Below, in pieces: positions 1-11,725 of a stretch of DNA of 64,000 nucleotides (within the stretch, counting starts at the first letter, position 1; the number at the start of each line of letters is the position of its first letter). The stretch spans positions 526,497 through 590,496 of the forward strand of contig NW_008246096.1 of NCBI RefSeq assembly GCF_000281045.1. The letters are read 5' to 3'. The translations under genes were made by a program, and so were the position numbers. The notes under the pieces were generated by a model, which searched no databases, was not told the DNA's origin, and saw only the letters and a list, made by a program, of their open reading frames with translations. Origin of the DNA: Saprolegnia diclina VS20 (Eukaryota).

Positions 1-2
1 CG

Positions 3-134
3 TTCCCCAAGGACGGCCGGTACCTCGTCGCGGGGGTCGGCAAGGAGCACCGCCTCGGGCGGTGGGAAGTGCAGAAGCAAGCCAAGAACGGCGTCGTCAT
101 CATTGCGCTGCCGTCGCTCGACGACGACGCGTAA
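3..134 (+). CDS. RRP9: 3' end of U3 snoRNP WD40 protein (U3-55K/Rrp9), 5'-partial
   Basis: Frame from nt 3 reads FPKDGRYLVAGVGKEHRLGRWEVQKQAKNGVVIIALPSLDDDA*. G(Q/K)EHRLGRW is the characteristic Rrp9 C-terminal motif. Confidence 0.85.
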   Translation, partial: FPKDGRYLVAGVGKEHRLGRWEVQKQAKNGVVIIALPSLDDDA

Positions 135-540
135 GCTCGACACGAATATGTCGGATTATGTTAGAAAAATAAGAAAGCCCCGCTTTGCATCACCAGTCCC
201 ACCCTTCCATAGCTGGCGCACGGCAGTGGACTGACTACACGTCGGCTGCTGCGCCTCTGTCTCGGCGGCAATGGAGGACACCGTGCAAACTCATATCGCG
301 CTACAGCCGTGACCGAAGTACGAGCAGATCGCCCAACAACAACCAAGGTCCTGATCGAAGCGGCTTCAAGCCGCGCTTGGTGCGACCTTGGTGGTCCCGC
401 TAGTTAGTATCGAGTGTCATTCCTTTTGTTTTGCTGCATCCACATGCGACAACAGGAGGACTTACGAGTGTGCACTTGGTGAAAAGTCAATGTACAAGCT
501 TGTACCATCCTAACATGTTGTCCTAGTGTTATAACGTCGA

Positions 541-1536
541 CTACATCGGGTTGTCGTCCCAGCACAGCGTTCGCTTGTCGTACGAGGCCGAGAGCGACGA
601 CTCGCGGTGGGCGCGACTCGATAGGACGCGGACGTGCGGCGCCTCGTGGATCGAGACGGCGAGCGTCGATGGGTCGACTTGCGGGTGCACGATCTTTGCG
701 ATCCGGAACGCGCCGTCGCCGTTGTGCTCGAGAACCACAAACTCGGCGTTGTGGAAGTTTTCGAGCGCTTCGTACTCGGCGATCGTGTACCGAAAGTAGC
801 GCATGAGGAGGATGCGGATCGTGACGCCGTGCGCGACGAGCACGTAGTTTTGCTCGGCCTTGCGCATGAACATGCGATGGAGCGACTCGAGGAAGGACGA
901 GATGCGGTCGTAGACATCTAGTGCACAAGTACTCTGAGCACTCCTCCTTGTGATGATAATGGCAGCATTCTCGTTGTCGTACCGGCCGGCGACTCGCCGC
1001 TCGGGAAGCGATAAAAGAAGCCGCCAAACTTGCGGCGCTGGATTTTGCATTCGCGGATCTGGTCGGGATTTTGAAAGTTGCCAAAGTCCTGCTCGCGGAT
1101 GCGCGGCTCCTCGGTCCATGGGATGTTCGCTGCGGCGTCGCCCCACGCCGCCATGATCTCTTCAAAGGTCTCAATCGTGCGCGTGCACGGCGACACGATG
1201 CAGCGCTACGGGTGTAGGATCAGAGACGACGAGCGCAGCCGCCGCTAGGAAGGGTCGTACCATGGACTCGTCGCCGATGATGGCCTTGATGGCCTCGCCC
1301 GCAGCCCGCGCCTGGCGCTTCCCGAGGTCCGTCAATGGCATCGCGTTGTCGGGCACGTCGCGGTACAAGACCGGGTTGACGTTGCCTTCGCTCTGGCCAT
1401 GGCGCACGAGAATGATGCGGTGGGGCAGCTTCTTGCGGTTGCGGCTGCGCGTGCATCTTCGCGAACTCCAGATGCGCGTGAGGAGGAGTGTGATCGCGAC
1501 GGACGCGGCGACAACAGCAAGGTCCTTGGCGCCCAT
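541..1536 (-). CDS. Histidine phosphatase (phosphoglycerate mutase-like, Det1/At74-type) with N-terminal hydrophobic anchor; 3 exons
   Basis: Motifs ILVRHGQSEGN, LTDLGKRQA, VSPCTRT, EPRIREQDFG, FFYRFPSGES and LVAHG. GT-AG introns at about 1207-1260 and about 918-982. Confidence 0.85.
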
Positions 1537-2258
1537 GGCAAAAAATTAAATACGCGAAAACCGCCGGCTCCATACAAACGCACAAAGAACCGACGGCCAC
1601 GCATTTATATTTATTTACACGGGTCATTAGGGCACGCCGGAAGCATGGAGGAACATGCAACGCTTGTGGTAGGTTGACGCTTGCGCCATGTACATCACAG
1701 ACCCATCCCACAGCAAAACATTGCATCGCGTCTTGAAGAGGTTGCTTGAAGCAGAGATCGTCGCCGTCGAGGCCGCAGCGACATGCGGCGTGAGTCGCCT
1801 TCAAGCCGAGGACAACAGGATGAGACTGCGAGCTTCTATGCGGGCGGTCCAGTCCACATCGTGGATAGCAAGCCGGCGTCTTTGTGTCTCTTGTTCAAGA
1901 CGTGGCGAATGGCGCCGCTACAGCCACGACGGCGGGGCTATGATGCCGGTACCTCGTGTCCAGCCTGCTACCTACTACCTTGGCCACTTCATGGGCTCAG
2001 CTCACGGTGGTCGTAGCCAACCTCATTCCTTTGGAGGCGACTAGAAGTACTTTACCGCGGTCCACCCGAGCCAAGTATGCAGCCAGCTGCACCGTCAGCT
2101 TTCATGTCTTGCGGAGCGGCGGCCAAGATGCACAAGTGCGTGTTGACAAGCGCAGAGCGTGCAGAATGATGACAGTGTTGCTCTTGGGTTATCAAGAATA
2201 TTCGGTCGTTGAGCATATACCCGGTGCGCTGTGACGCAGCGATCGTCCAGCACGCGTC

Positions 2259-3411
2259 TTAGAGCTTGGACGCCAACGGCTTTTGGAGTGCGCGCGCGGC
2301 CTTGGAGCTTGTCGGGCGGTCGAGCACCGTCGAGATGAAGCTTCCGGCCTCCATGACCTTGGCCAAGTCGACGCCCGTCTCAATGCCGAGACCATGCAGC
2401 ATGTACACGACGTCTTCGGTCGCCACGTTACCGGATGCGCCCTTTGCGTACGGGCACCCACCGAGGCCCGCGACCGCGCTGTCGACGACGCTCACGCCTT
2501 CCTACGACCATGTTCTTCAGGATGCAATCACAAGACAGTCGAGACAGCGAACCTGAAGCGCGACCAAAATGTTGGCCAGCGCCTGGCCGTACGTGTCGTG
2601 GAAGTGCACCGCGAGCTGGTCCACCGGCACCACCTCCTTCGTTGCCCGGAGCATCTCCAAGGTCGAGCCCGGCGTGCCAATGCCAATCGTGTCGCCAAGC
2701 GAGATCTCGTAACAGCCCATGTCGAGCAAGGTCTTGGCGACCTTGGCCACGACCGCCGGGTCGATCGGCCCTTCGTACGGGCAGCCGAGGACGCACGAGA
2801 CGTAGCCACGGACACGGATCCCGAGCGACTTAGCCTTCTCGCACACGGGCTGGAAGCGCTCGAGGCTTTCTTCGATCGAGCAGTTGATGTTCTTGCGGCT
2901 GAACGACTCAGACGCAGCGCCAAAGATTGCGACCTCCTGCGCGTGGACCTTGACGGCAGCGTCAAAGCCCTACATTTCCAATCAGATCTACGATCCGCTT
3001 ATTGTCATCGCACCATGAGGTTCGGGGTCAAGACAGGGTAGAAGACGCCTTCCTTGCGCTTGATCTGCTGCATCACATCCGAGTTGTCGCCCATCTACAT
3101 GGCAGCAGTATGATAATGCAGCGGCTGTGTGTGGTGCTTGTCTACCTGAGGCACCCACTTGGGCGAGACAAACGACGTCGCTTCGACCACAGGCAGACCA
3201 GCATCCGAGAGCATGTTGATGAGAGTGACCTTGTCGGCCGTCGAGACGACGGTCTTCTCGTTCTATCGGCGCTCATCCCGTGAGCCTTATGCAGACAATT
3301 GCAGGTACGTACTTGGAGCCCATCGCGCGGACCGACTTCGACGATCTTGACGTAGCTCGGGTAGCTCCGCGTCGAGAGCGCGCGGCTTCCTCGGGCAAGG
3401 CGGGTGAGCAT
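2259..3411 (-). CDS. HMGCL: Hydroxymethylglutaryl-CoA lyase, mitochondrial; multi-exon
   Basis: Motifs [39 protein letters not shown] and [19 protein letters not shown]. Presequence-like start [16 protein letters not shown]. Confidence 0.95.
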
Positions 3412-4143
3412 CCTGCACCAGATGAAAGGCCTCGAAGTGTGGGGCACGAGTGGGCGTTCGAGCACTTGAAGTTCGTGCTTGAAGTACCACCCTACGCGTA
3501 TCCGGATAAAACAACCGGACGTTTTCCGCTCCACCTTGCACAGGCAGCTTTCACAGCCACGATGCAGTATTCTGTGCATCAGGGATTGAGCCCGGCCACC
3601 TCAAGGCGACATTAGCTTCAGACAACGCTGGTTGCAACAGCACAACCTCGTGGCTATTAAAGGGATATCGCCAAGTCAAAGTGCGAGGCTAGCGCTGAAG
3701 GACCGCTATCGCAGTGACCGCTTTGATGCAGCGTTTGATCGATCGAGTAAAGACGCAACATTCTAGTTGACGAGCACCTGCATCCCGTCGCCTCAACATG
3801 CCTTGCGTAAGCCTTCGATGCCCAACCTGGATGCCTGATGCAATCCTAGATCGCCACGTCACGGGCGCCATGTCAAGTGCTGAACCTGAACCGCGCGCAC
3901 TTGGCGCGCTCTCTCACACATGATATATTTAATTTTAAAAGGAGGAAGTTTCCAGAGCGCCCTTTCCAGGGTGCAACTGGGTGAAGCATCGCCGCGACAG
4001 GGAGAACCCATGCTCTGTCTACGGAGCGGCAGCAAATAGGAGAGACGTGGAGCGTCATGGCCATTTGAATCGTGATCCGGATACTAATCGTTGAGGCGAT
4101 CGGTCCATGTGCCCCACTTTTCGATTTTCAGACTCTTGCACAA

Positions 4144-5553
4144 ATGGAAGATCGGATCGACGGCATTGAGATTGCCGTTGTCGACTGCTCCAAGTACCTC
4201 CACCCGTCCTGCGACGAATATGCATTCTGGGTGTGCATCGGCACCATCGTTGGCATGCTTCTCGTCTCTGCCGTCATGGCCGGCATGCTCATGGGGTACC
4301 TCTCCATCGACAAGCTCAACATCCTGATATTGACGATGGAAGGCTCGGACGTCGAGAAGGCCCAAGCCAAGAGGATACTGCCGATCATCAATCAGAGCCA
4401 CAACGTCCTCGTCTCGGTCTTGCTCGTCAATGCCGGAGCTCTCGAGGCGCTGCCGATTTGGCTCAACCGCGTCGTGCCCGAGACAACCGCGATCCTCATT
4501 TCCGTCACCTTTGTGCTCCTCTTTGGCGAAATTCTTCCGTCGGCCATCTTCACAGGCACGTACCAGCTTGCCATTGCGTCGGCGCTGGCGCCGCTCTGCC
4601 GCCTCGTCATGCTGCTCATGAGCCCGATCGCGTGGCCGATCGCGCGCGTTCTCGACGCGCTCATCGGCGAAGGCAACGACGTGACGCGCTACAAGCGCAA
4701 GGAGCTCAAAGCGCTCATTCGCCTCCAGCAATCGCTGCCGCAAGCGCTCGAGCTGGCCGAGAGCCTCCCCATCACCAACCCTGTGTCGCCCGCCGCGTCA
4801 GTGGCGTCGTCATCGGCGTCTGTCTCGCCGGGGACGTGCACGGACCTGCATAAAGAGGAGGTCGCCATCATCCACGGCGCGCTTGACATGTCCAACAAGA
4901 CTGTAAATGACATTGCGACGCCGTTCGAAGACGTCTTTATGCTGGACTGGGAAGCCCAACTCGACTCGGAGCTTATGGTCGACATCCTCGCATGCGGCTA
5001 CTCGCGGATTCCTGTCTTCCGTGGCCACCGCGCCAACGTTGTCGGGCTCCTACTCGTCAAGCGGCTCATCGTCATCGACTCGGACGTCAAAAAGCCAATC
5101 AAAAACCTCACGCTGCGCAAGCCCATCCTTGTGTCGCCCGACCTTGGCTGCTACGCGCTGCTCAACCAGTTTCAGCGCGGAAAGGGCCACTTTGCGCTCG
5201 TGACGGAGCAAGGACCGTACATTGAGGCGTGCTGGAAGGCCAATATTGACGTCGACCGCACGCAAGCGACCATCTCTGGTATCGTCACAATCGAAAACAT
5301 TCTCGAGGAGCTTCTCCAAGAAGAGATCCAAGACGAGACCGACGTCGTCGACTCGTGCACGGGCCACGGCAACTCGGAGCGCCGCCGGGCACGCCTTCGC
5401 GAGGCGGGCATGATCCGCGCCGCCAAGGTCTTCAAGGCCCTCGCGGCGCGCGCTCGTCGCCGCCTCCGCCTCCGCCCGCAAGCGCGCCGAAGCGCGTCGC
5501 AGATTGCGCACGAAGCCACGCCGCTCTTGACGCCACGGGCGACCGAGCTCTAA
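4144..5553 (+). CDS. CNNM/DUF21 transmembrane + CBS-pair protein (Mg2+/metal transporter family); single exon
   Basis: DUF21 motifs (LLVNAGALEALPI, VLLFGEILP, PIAWPIARVLD) and CBS-pair motifs (GYSRIPVF, GIVTIENILEELLQEEIQDETD). First in-frame ATG is at 4144. Confidence 0.9.
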   Translation: MEDRIDGIEIAVVDCSKYLHPSCDEYAFWVCIGTIVGMLLVSAVMAGMLMGYLSIDKLNILILTMEGSDVEKAQAKRILPIINQSHNVLVSVLLVNAGALEALPIWLNRVVPETTAILISVTFVLLFGEILPSAIFTGTYQLAIASALAPLCRLVMLLMSPIAWPIARVLDALIGEGNDVTRYKRKELKALIRLQQSLPQALELAESLPITNPVSPAASVASSSASVSPGTCTDLHKEEVAIIHGALDMSNKTVNDIATPFEDVFMLDWEAQLDSELMVDILACGYSRIPVFRGHRANVVGLLLVKRLIVIDSDVKKPIKNLTLRKPILVSPDLGCYALLNQFQRGKGHFALVTEQGPYIEACWKANIDVDRTQATISGIVTIENILEELLQEEIQDETDVVDSCTGHGNSERRRARLREAGMIRAAKVFKALAARARRRLRLRPQARRSASQIAHEATPLLTPRATEL

Positions 5554-5836
5554 GCCACGTCGACATGTAATCCAACCTTGGCATATCGTCAATATTCCAT
5601 CTCAGGTCGTGTCAAAGCACGCAAGAGCGGGCGATACCTCACCTACCTACCTGCAGCGCTCACAGGGCAGACGAATAAGACGTTCTGGTTGACAGCTAGA
5701 ACTTAGTACTCGACATCTCGAGATGTTGTTGCGATCTTCACCCTCTCTGGCATGTAACCGGACCCCACGGAGCATCCGGATAGCGTCCCAAGTTCGCGAG
5801 TTCGGGTGGATTCATTTTCAAACTTGACAGCGAAGC

Positions 5837-6820
5837 ATGTTCACGGGCATCATTGAAGAGATTGGGACGTGCGTCGCCCTCGTCGAGAAGCATGACATGG
5901 TCATGTGGGATGGCACGGTCTCCAACGGCGTCGAGCTCGTCGTGCATGCCAAGGTGGCCTTTGACGGCGCCTACATTGGCTGCTCGATCGCGATCAACGG
6001 CACGTGCCTCACGGTCACGGCCATGGACGAAGCCGCGGGCCACCTCAGCTTTGGCGTCGCGCCCGAGTCGTACGGTCTTATCGCCTCCGCTTAAAGCTTA
6101 TGGTCCACGTAGGCTGCGCAAGACGAACCTTAAGAACCTCAAGGCCGGCGACAAGGTCAACGTTGAGCGCGCCATGGGTGCCCACGACCGCAACAGCGGC
6201 CACTTTGTCCAAGGCCACGTCGATGGCACCGGCGACATTCTTGTACGACTAGGCTGGGCTGGCTAGCTTCTAAGTGTCTCATGCGAGAAATAGGAGATGA
6301 CCCGTGAAGGCGAGTCGCTCTGGGTCAAGATCAAGGTGGGCGTGCCCAGAGATGACTTTATCTGTACGCGTCTGTACTTGTAGGTCGACCGTGCGCTTCT
6401 GAGCTACATCATTCCCAAGGGCTTCATCGCCATCGACGGCACGAGCCTTACCGTGTGCGAAGTACGCTGCGTGTTTCTCTTGTCGCAGCGCATTCACTGA
6501 TCATGTCATCCAGGTGGATACGGTCGCGGGCTGGTTCAACGTCATGCTCATCACACACACGCAAGCAAGCATCATTTTGCCGACAAAGAAGATTGGCGAC
6601 GCCGTCAACATCGAGGTATCCTCATCCCGCCTCTTGCAAACGCTCTAGATATGCACACGGCTAGGGCGACGTCATGGGCAAGTACGCGGCCAAGTCGACG
6701 GGCGCGCTTCTGACGCGCCTCGAGACGCTCGAGCAGGCGCAAACCAAGTCGCTTCTCGCGGCGGCGATCGTCGGTGGCGCCATTGGCGCATGCGTCGCGC
6801 TGGTCGCCACGCAGCGCTAA
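5837..6820 (+). CDS. RIB5: Riboflavin synthase (alpha chain type) with C-terminal hydrophobic extension; 6 exons
   Basis: N-terminal MFTGIIEE, SIAINGTCLTV, VNVERA, GHFVQGHVDG, KGFIAIDGTSLTV, VNIE. Last exon is 6665-6820. Confidence 0.93.
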
Positions 6821-6862
6821 GAGCTTTATATTACAACATGGCACACATCGTCGTATTCATTC

Positions 6863-7782
6863 TCAATGCGGCAGCGGCGGTAGCCTTGACTCGTCGTCGT
6901 CATGCACCGCGTCGGCGGCGCTGCCGTACGCTTTGCACGTAAAGCTGTTTTGGAGCTTGGGCAGCGGTCCTTGCTTGGTCGGGGACCCGTCGTCCGCGGG
7001 CTTTTTCCCGCTCAGCGCCGACTTGTACGGCGCCTTGCGCTTCACGATGAGCATCGACACTTGGTTCTTCTTGTTCAAATTGGCCAAATCGTCCTTGCGC
7101 TTGCTGGATATTGTCAACGTCGGCTTCTTCTTCCCTGCTTGCGCTTGGAGGGACGGTGGTGCGGCGGCGGCGATCGCCTTGGACTTGGTCGTCGTCGTGA
7201 GCGCTGCCGGGTCCATCGGCTTTGGTCGCTTGACGACACTACCCTTCTTGGCATCTTCTACACAAGGCAATATCATGATGATCAAGCGTAGGAGGTAGGT
7301 GGCGTACTGGCTTCGTCGTCGAGCGACGAGGCGCCGAGGTAGCTCTCGAGGGACATGCCTTCAATGTTGGCCGTGTCGTCCTTCTTTGGTTTCTTTGGCT
7401 TGTCCTTCTTGGGCGCGCCCGTGAGGTAGTCGCTGAGCGAGAGGCCGGCGACCGCGTTCGTCGCCGCCGGCTCGGTCTCGGTCTCATAGTCATCTTCGTA
7501 CACGTCGTCGGGCGGGTCGTCGTCGTCGTGCATGGCGCAGATCGGGATCTTCTCGTCCGCATCCAAGGCGTTCTCGTCGTCATCGTCGAGGCGGGTCATG
7601 ACCATGGCGTTGTCGGCGGGCTTGGTCTTCTCGAGGAGCTCGGACGTCTCCTTCATGGCCTCGACGCTGTAGTCCTTCTTGCTGTTAAAGTATGCGTCGA
7701 GCGAGAGCCCTTCGCCCTGGTTGACGTCGGTCGTCGTCGTCGCGTCGTCGGCCTTGGCCTTGGTCTTCTTCCGGAGCCCCAT
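6863..7782 (-). CDS. Hypothetical low-complexity (acidic/Lys-rich) protein; 2 exons
   Basis: ORFs 7282-7884 and 6863-7285 join in frame through a GT-AG intron at about 7258-7307 (DDEA|KDAKK). Codon usage looks coding. Confidence 0.7.
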
Positions 7783-7849
7783 CGCGAAGAGAGACGAGCA
7801 GATCAAAATAGCGCGTGAAACTTCCGATATATATTCCTCGAAATACTGG

Positions 7850-10369
7850 CTAGCCAAAGAGGACGCGCTTAAAGTACTCGCCAAACTGCTGGCCGCCCAC
7901 GTCGTCCTGGCCCTTGATGACCGCGTGCAGCACCATCGGCGCCTTCTCGACCACCGTCTCGGCGAGGTAGTACTTGCCGAGCGTGTCTTGGGCGTAAAAG
8001 AAAAACTTGTACTGCGGCCCGACGTCGCCGGCCGCCATGGTCAGAATGCCGTGGCCGCCAAACGCGCGCTCGATATCCGCCTGCGCTGGAATGCCCGGCA
8101 TCTGGAGCTGCACCTGCGCCACGACGCGGAGCGTGCCCCAAAGCTGCTGGAAGGTACCAGCGTCCATCGTCGGCGTCGGCAGCAGCTGGAACGGCGCGGG
8201 CGCCGGGGCTGCGGCGGCCGCTGGCGCACCAAAGTCGAGCATGCCAAGCAGATCGACGGTCGCCGACTGCGGGCCGCGCGGCTGGGGCGGCGACATCATG
8301 GGCGCTTGCTGCGTCGGCGGCGCGTCTTCGTCCGAGTAGCCGCCTTCGTCGTCGTGGTCGTCGTGGTCGTCGTGCTCGTCGTGGACCGTCGCAGCGATCA
8401 AATGCGACGGCGCCACAAAGGTTTCACTCGGCTTGTTGTAGACCACCGCGAGCGTATTGAACTCTTTAAAGAGCTTTTCCTGGAGGTCCGTCTCGACCAT
8501 CTCAGCAAACACCTCGACAACCTCGGGCTGGAACTGGCGCACGATCGTTGCGGCCGAGTTGACGTCCTGCGAGAGGAGCCGGTAGTAAAAGAGCGCGCGG
8601 TCGCGCACGTCTTGGTTGGCCGTGTCGTTGACGCCGGCAGTCAAGAGGCGGCCGAGCATCGACTGCATCTCTGGAGGGCGCTTGAAGAAGAGCTTGAGCG
8701 ACGCAGCGAGAAGCTCGAGGAGCACGACCGGCGCCGGCTCGTCGCCGTAGCTGTCAATGAGCTTCTCGAGCACATACGGGGCGCGGCGGAGGTCTTGGCC
8801 AAACTCGCCAAGCATCCAAATGACCGCGCATTTCGCGGCTGCGTCGTCGACCTTGGGGATGATGCGCGGGAGGACGTCGAGGACGTCGTGGACCTTGTGC
8901 GGGAACTTGCGCAGGAGGTCCTTCATCACGACCAGCGTCTCGTCGCGGACGTAGTCGAGGTTGAGCTCGAGAAACTCGACCATCGTGTCGACGATCTGGT
9001 CGTGCATGGCCTCGAGGCCGTCAACGCCAAACGTGTTGCCGACTGCAATCTGCGAGATGGCGCGCACGGCGCGGCGAGAGAGCTCTTGGTCGACGTCGTT
9101 GACGTACTCGGAGAGCTCGGTGACGATGTCGGCCACGCTGTGGCTGTCAGCGATGCTGCTGAGGATGTCGAGCTTGACGTACTTGACGTGCGACGGCTCG
9201 TTGTAGCGGATGTAAAACTGGCGAAAGTCGGGCGAGAAGACGCGCGGGTACTTGCCGACCATGAGGAGGATGTGGTGCAGCACGCAATAGTTGAGCTCGT
9301 GCGACCCGCCGGCCATGAGCGTCAGCAGCGGCTGGCGCATGCGCTCAAACACTTGGTTGTGCACCTGCGGCATCTTGATCGTGAGGTTCAGAAAGCACTT
9401 GGCCGTCCCGAGCACGACCGCCGAGTTGGAGACGCGGAGCGACGGCTCGAGGATGTTCATAATGTTGAAAATCTCTTCTTCCGACGTCGGCTGGTACGTG
9501 CTCACGACGTGGAGGATGTTGCACTGGCCCCACTCGTTGAACTCGGAGATGCGCGTAAGCAGATGCATGATGATCTGCTGGTTGACCGCAATGCCGCCTT
9601 CGTCGGCCATGATCTCGTTCAGCGCAACCAAGCAGTTGGACACGACCTGCGGGTCGCGGTCGCGGATCATGTTGTAGAGCGTGTCGACCATGTCACTGTC
9701 CTTGATGAGGTCCTTGTTGAGCGAAAAGACCTTGAGAATGCCAATGACGCCCGTCTTTCGGACGTATGCGCTCGTGTCCGTGAGCGAATGCTGCATGTCC
9801 CGATGAGATGCCAAGAATCTTATAAATCAGGTCTGTACCTGGAGCGGTTCATGAATGTACTCGAGAATCGAGTCCAACCGCAGCGAGCAGAGCGACCGCA
9901 GCGCGAGGCCACGCACGAGCGGGTCTTCGTTGCGGCTACGCAAATACCATGGTGAGCAACCGTCCATGCGTCTCATGCCATCATGTACCAATCGTTGAGG
10001 AGCGTGTTGATGCACATGATGGCCAGGTCCGAGTTCTTGTTGGCGTAGTTGGTCAGGTAGTAGTATACCATCTTCTTTGTGATAATGTCCTTCGTGTCGA
10101 CGCACAAGACCATCTCGCTGAAGATGCGCGAGACGTCGATGCCAAGCGTCATGTACGCAATGACCTTCTTGATGATCTCACGCTTCTTCTTCGGGTCGCG
10201 CTCGACCGTGACGTCGCGCAGCAGCTACACAGATTCGTGGTTTAGCCCATGATGGCCTCGGGTATGAGGCCGCGCCTACGTTCTTAAGCTCGTTCACTTC
10301 GCCCTTCTTGCGGTCCGAGAAGTAGTTGGGGTTGGCGCCCTTGGGCTGTGGTGGCGGGGGCATCGACAT
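7850..10369 (-). CDS. AP4B1: Adaptor protein complex beta subunit, most like AP-4 beta; multi-exon
   Basis: KKGEVNELK, KKVIAYMTLGIDVS, DPLVRGLALRSLCSL, YVRKTGV, DVRDRALFYYRLL, plus a C-terminal beta-appendage (FQQLW). Confidence 0.85.
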
Positions 10370-10896
10370 GGCAGGCAGCGGCTTCCGTCTTCCGAGGGGG
10401 GCTTCAGGCCGAAGATTTTATACTGGCAGTAACACGTAGCCTCGAATCCTCTGAAATGGCATATATTGGCGTCGAAACCCTCTGAAACATGATATTTACC
10501 AATTCTATTTCACATGTTAACCTTGGAATTTGTATGTGGAATTGGCTCTCAAAAAAAGGACGTCGGCCACAACACGCGATCTTGCGGCCACGTGGGGCGC
10601 GGACAGCGCGACGCCGCCAACCGCGACCTCATGGCCGGCCAACCATGGGCAGGGGCAGACTCGGTCCATGCATGCGATCTACCTGGACGATACCTACATA
10701 GACGAGTGCGTGCCAGAATGGCTCTGGGACGAGGTACATGACCTGCGGCGGTACCACCATCGACCTCGAGTAATCCCGTCGATATCGCATGACGATTGGC
10801 GCTAGGTAGATGGACGAAGAAGAAGAGCGCAAGGAGAGACAACGATTGCCGTGGCATTTGCGGTTAAAAGATCTAGTGCACAACCAGGCAATGTGA

Positions 10897-11725
10897 TTAG
10901 CGTCGTCGGGGCATGCTACCACGGGCAGCCTTGGGGCTACAGCAGCATGGCCTGCATGAGTAAAGAAAGGAAAAGTAGAGTAGGTACCGCATGCCACGGG
11001 TCGGGAAGCCCGTGGGGTCTTCACGGATCATCTCGGTCGTGTCTTCGAGCGTCGACGGCAGCGGAAGGTTGCGCTCGACGCGCTTGCGCAGCCACGAGCG
11101 GAGCGCATCGAGCTGCTCGTACGAGCGCATCATGTTGTTGATTTCCTCGACGGGCTGACCACACTTTTCCGAGACAATGCGCTTGACCTTGCCGTTGATG
11201 AGCTTCGGGTCGTTGCGCACGTTGGGCTCAAACGCCTCCATGATGGTCAAAAAGTTCTTCATCTGCTGGATCTGGGGCTACAGACAGCTCGGCCATGAGC
11301 CTTCACGAGGATGATCTATGTGCATGGGTACCATGGACGAGACACCGGGCATCATCGACTTCCAGCCCGAGACACCGCCATCGGCCGCTTGCTTCTACTC
11401 GAGCAAGATCGTGGTGAGGAGGTATGCCCTGCAAGGCCATGCGCAGGTACCTTCATCTGGTCGTAGTGGTCTTGCAGCGTGTACGTGGGCGTCGTCGCGA
11501 GGTACTTGACCTGGTCCATGTAGGCCTGGGCTACACAGGCGAACGTGCGCTTACTCCACGTCATGCGTCCATGCACATACTCTGCTTCTCGTTCTTGCGC
11601 TCCTCAAGCTTCTCGGAGACCTTCTCCTTGAAGCCCTGGAAGATGCTCATCTCGCGGGCAGGCGCATGGAAGCGCGGGCGGAGCACGGACGCGCGGAGGC
11701 CGGTGAGTACGTTGCGGAAGGCCAT
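10897..11725 (-). CDS. Stand-alone SRP54/Ffh M-domain-like protein with mitochondrial-type presequence (about 205 aa); 5 exons
   Basis: Exons 11725-11581, 11530-11451, 11394-11332, 11277-10988 and 10936-10897 sum to 618 nt with all GT-AG introns. YTLQDHYDQMKK..GG..SMMPG..IMEAF..R.DPKLING..K......CG..VEEINNMMRSYEQL aligns by eye to the Ffh M domain. Confidence 0.75.

Noticed and set aside
1688..2234. Short plus-strand ORFs between the phosphatase and HMGCL
   Set aside because: Weak codon bias, no family motif and no consistent splice model.
7679..9955. 758-aa plus-strand ORF
   Set aside because: Antisense shadow of AP4B caused by GC-rich codon bias; no recognisable motifs.
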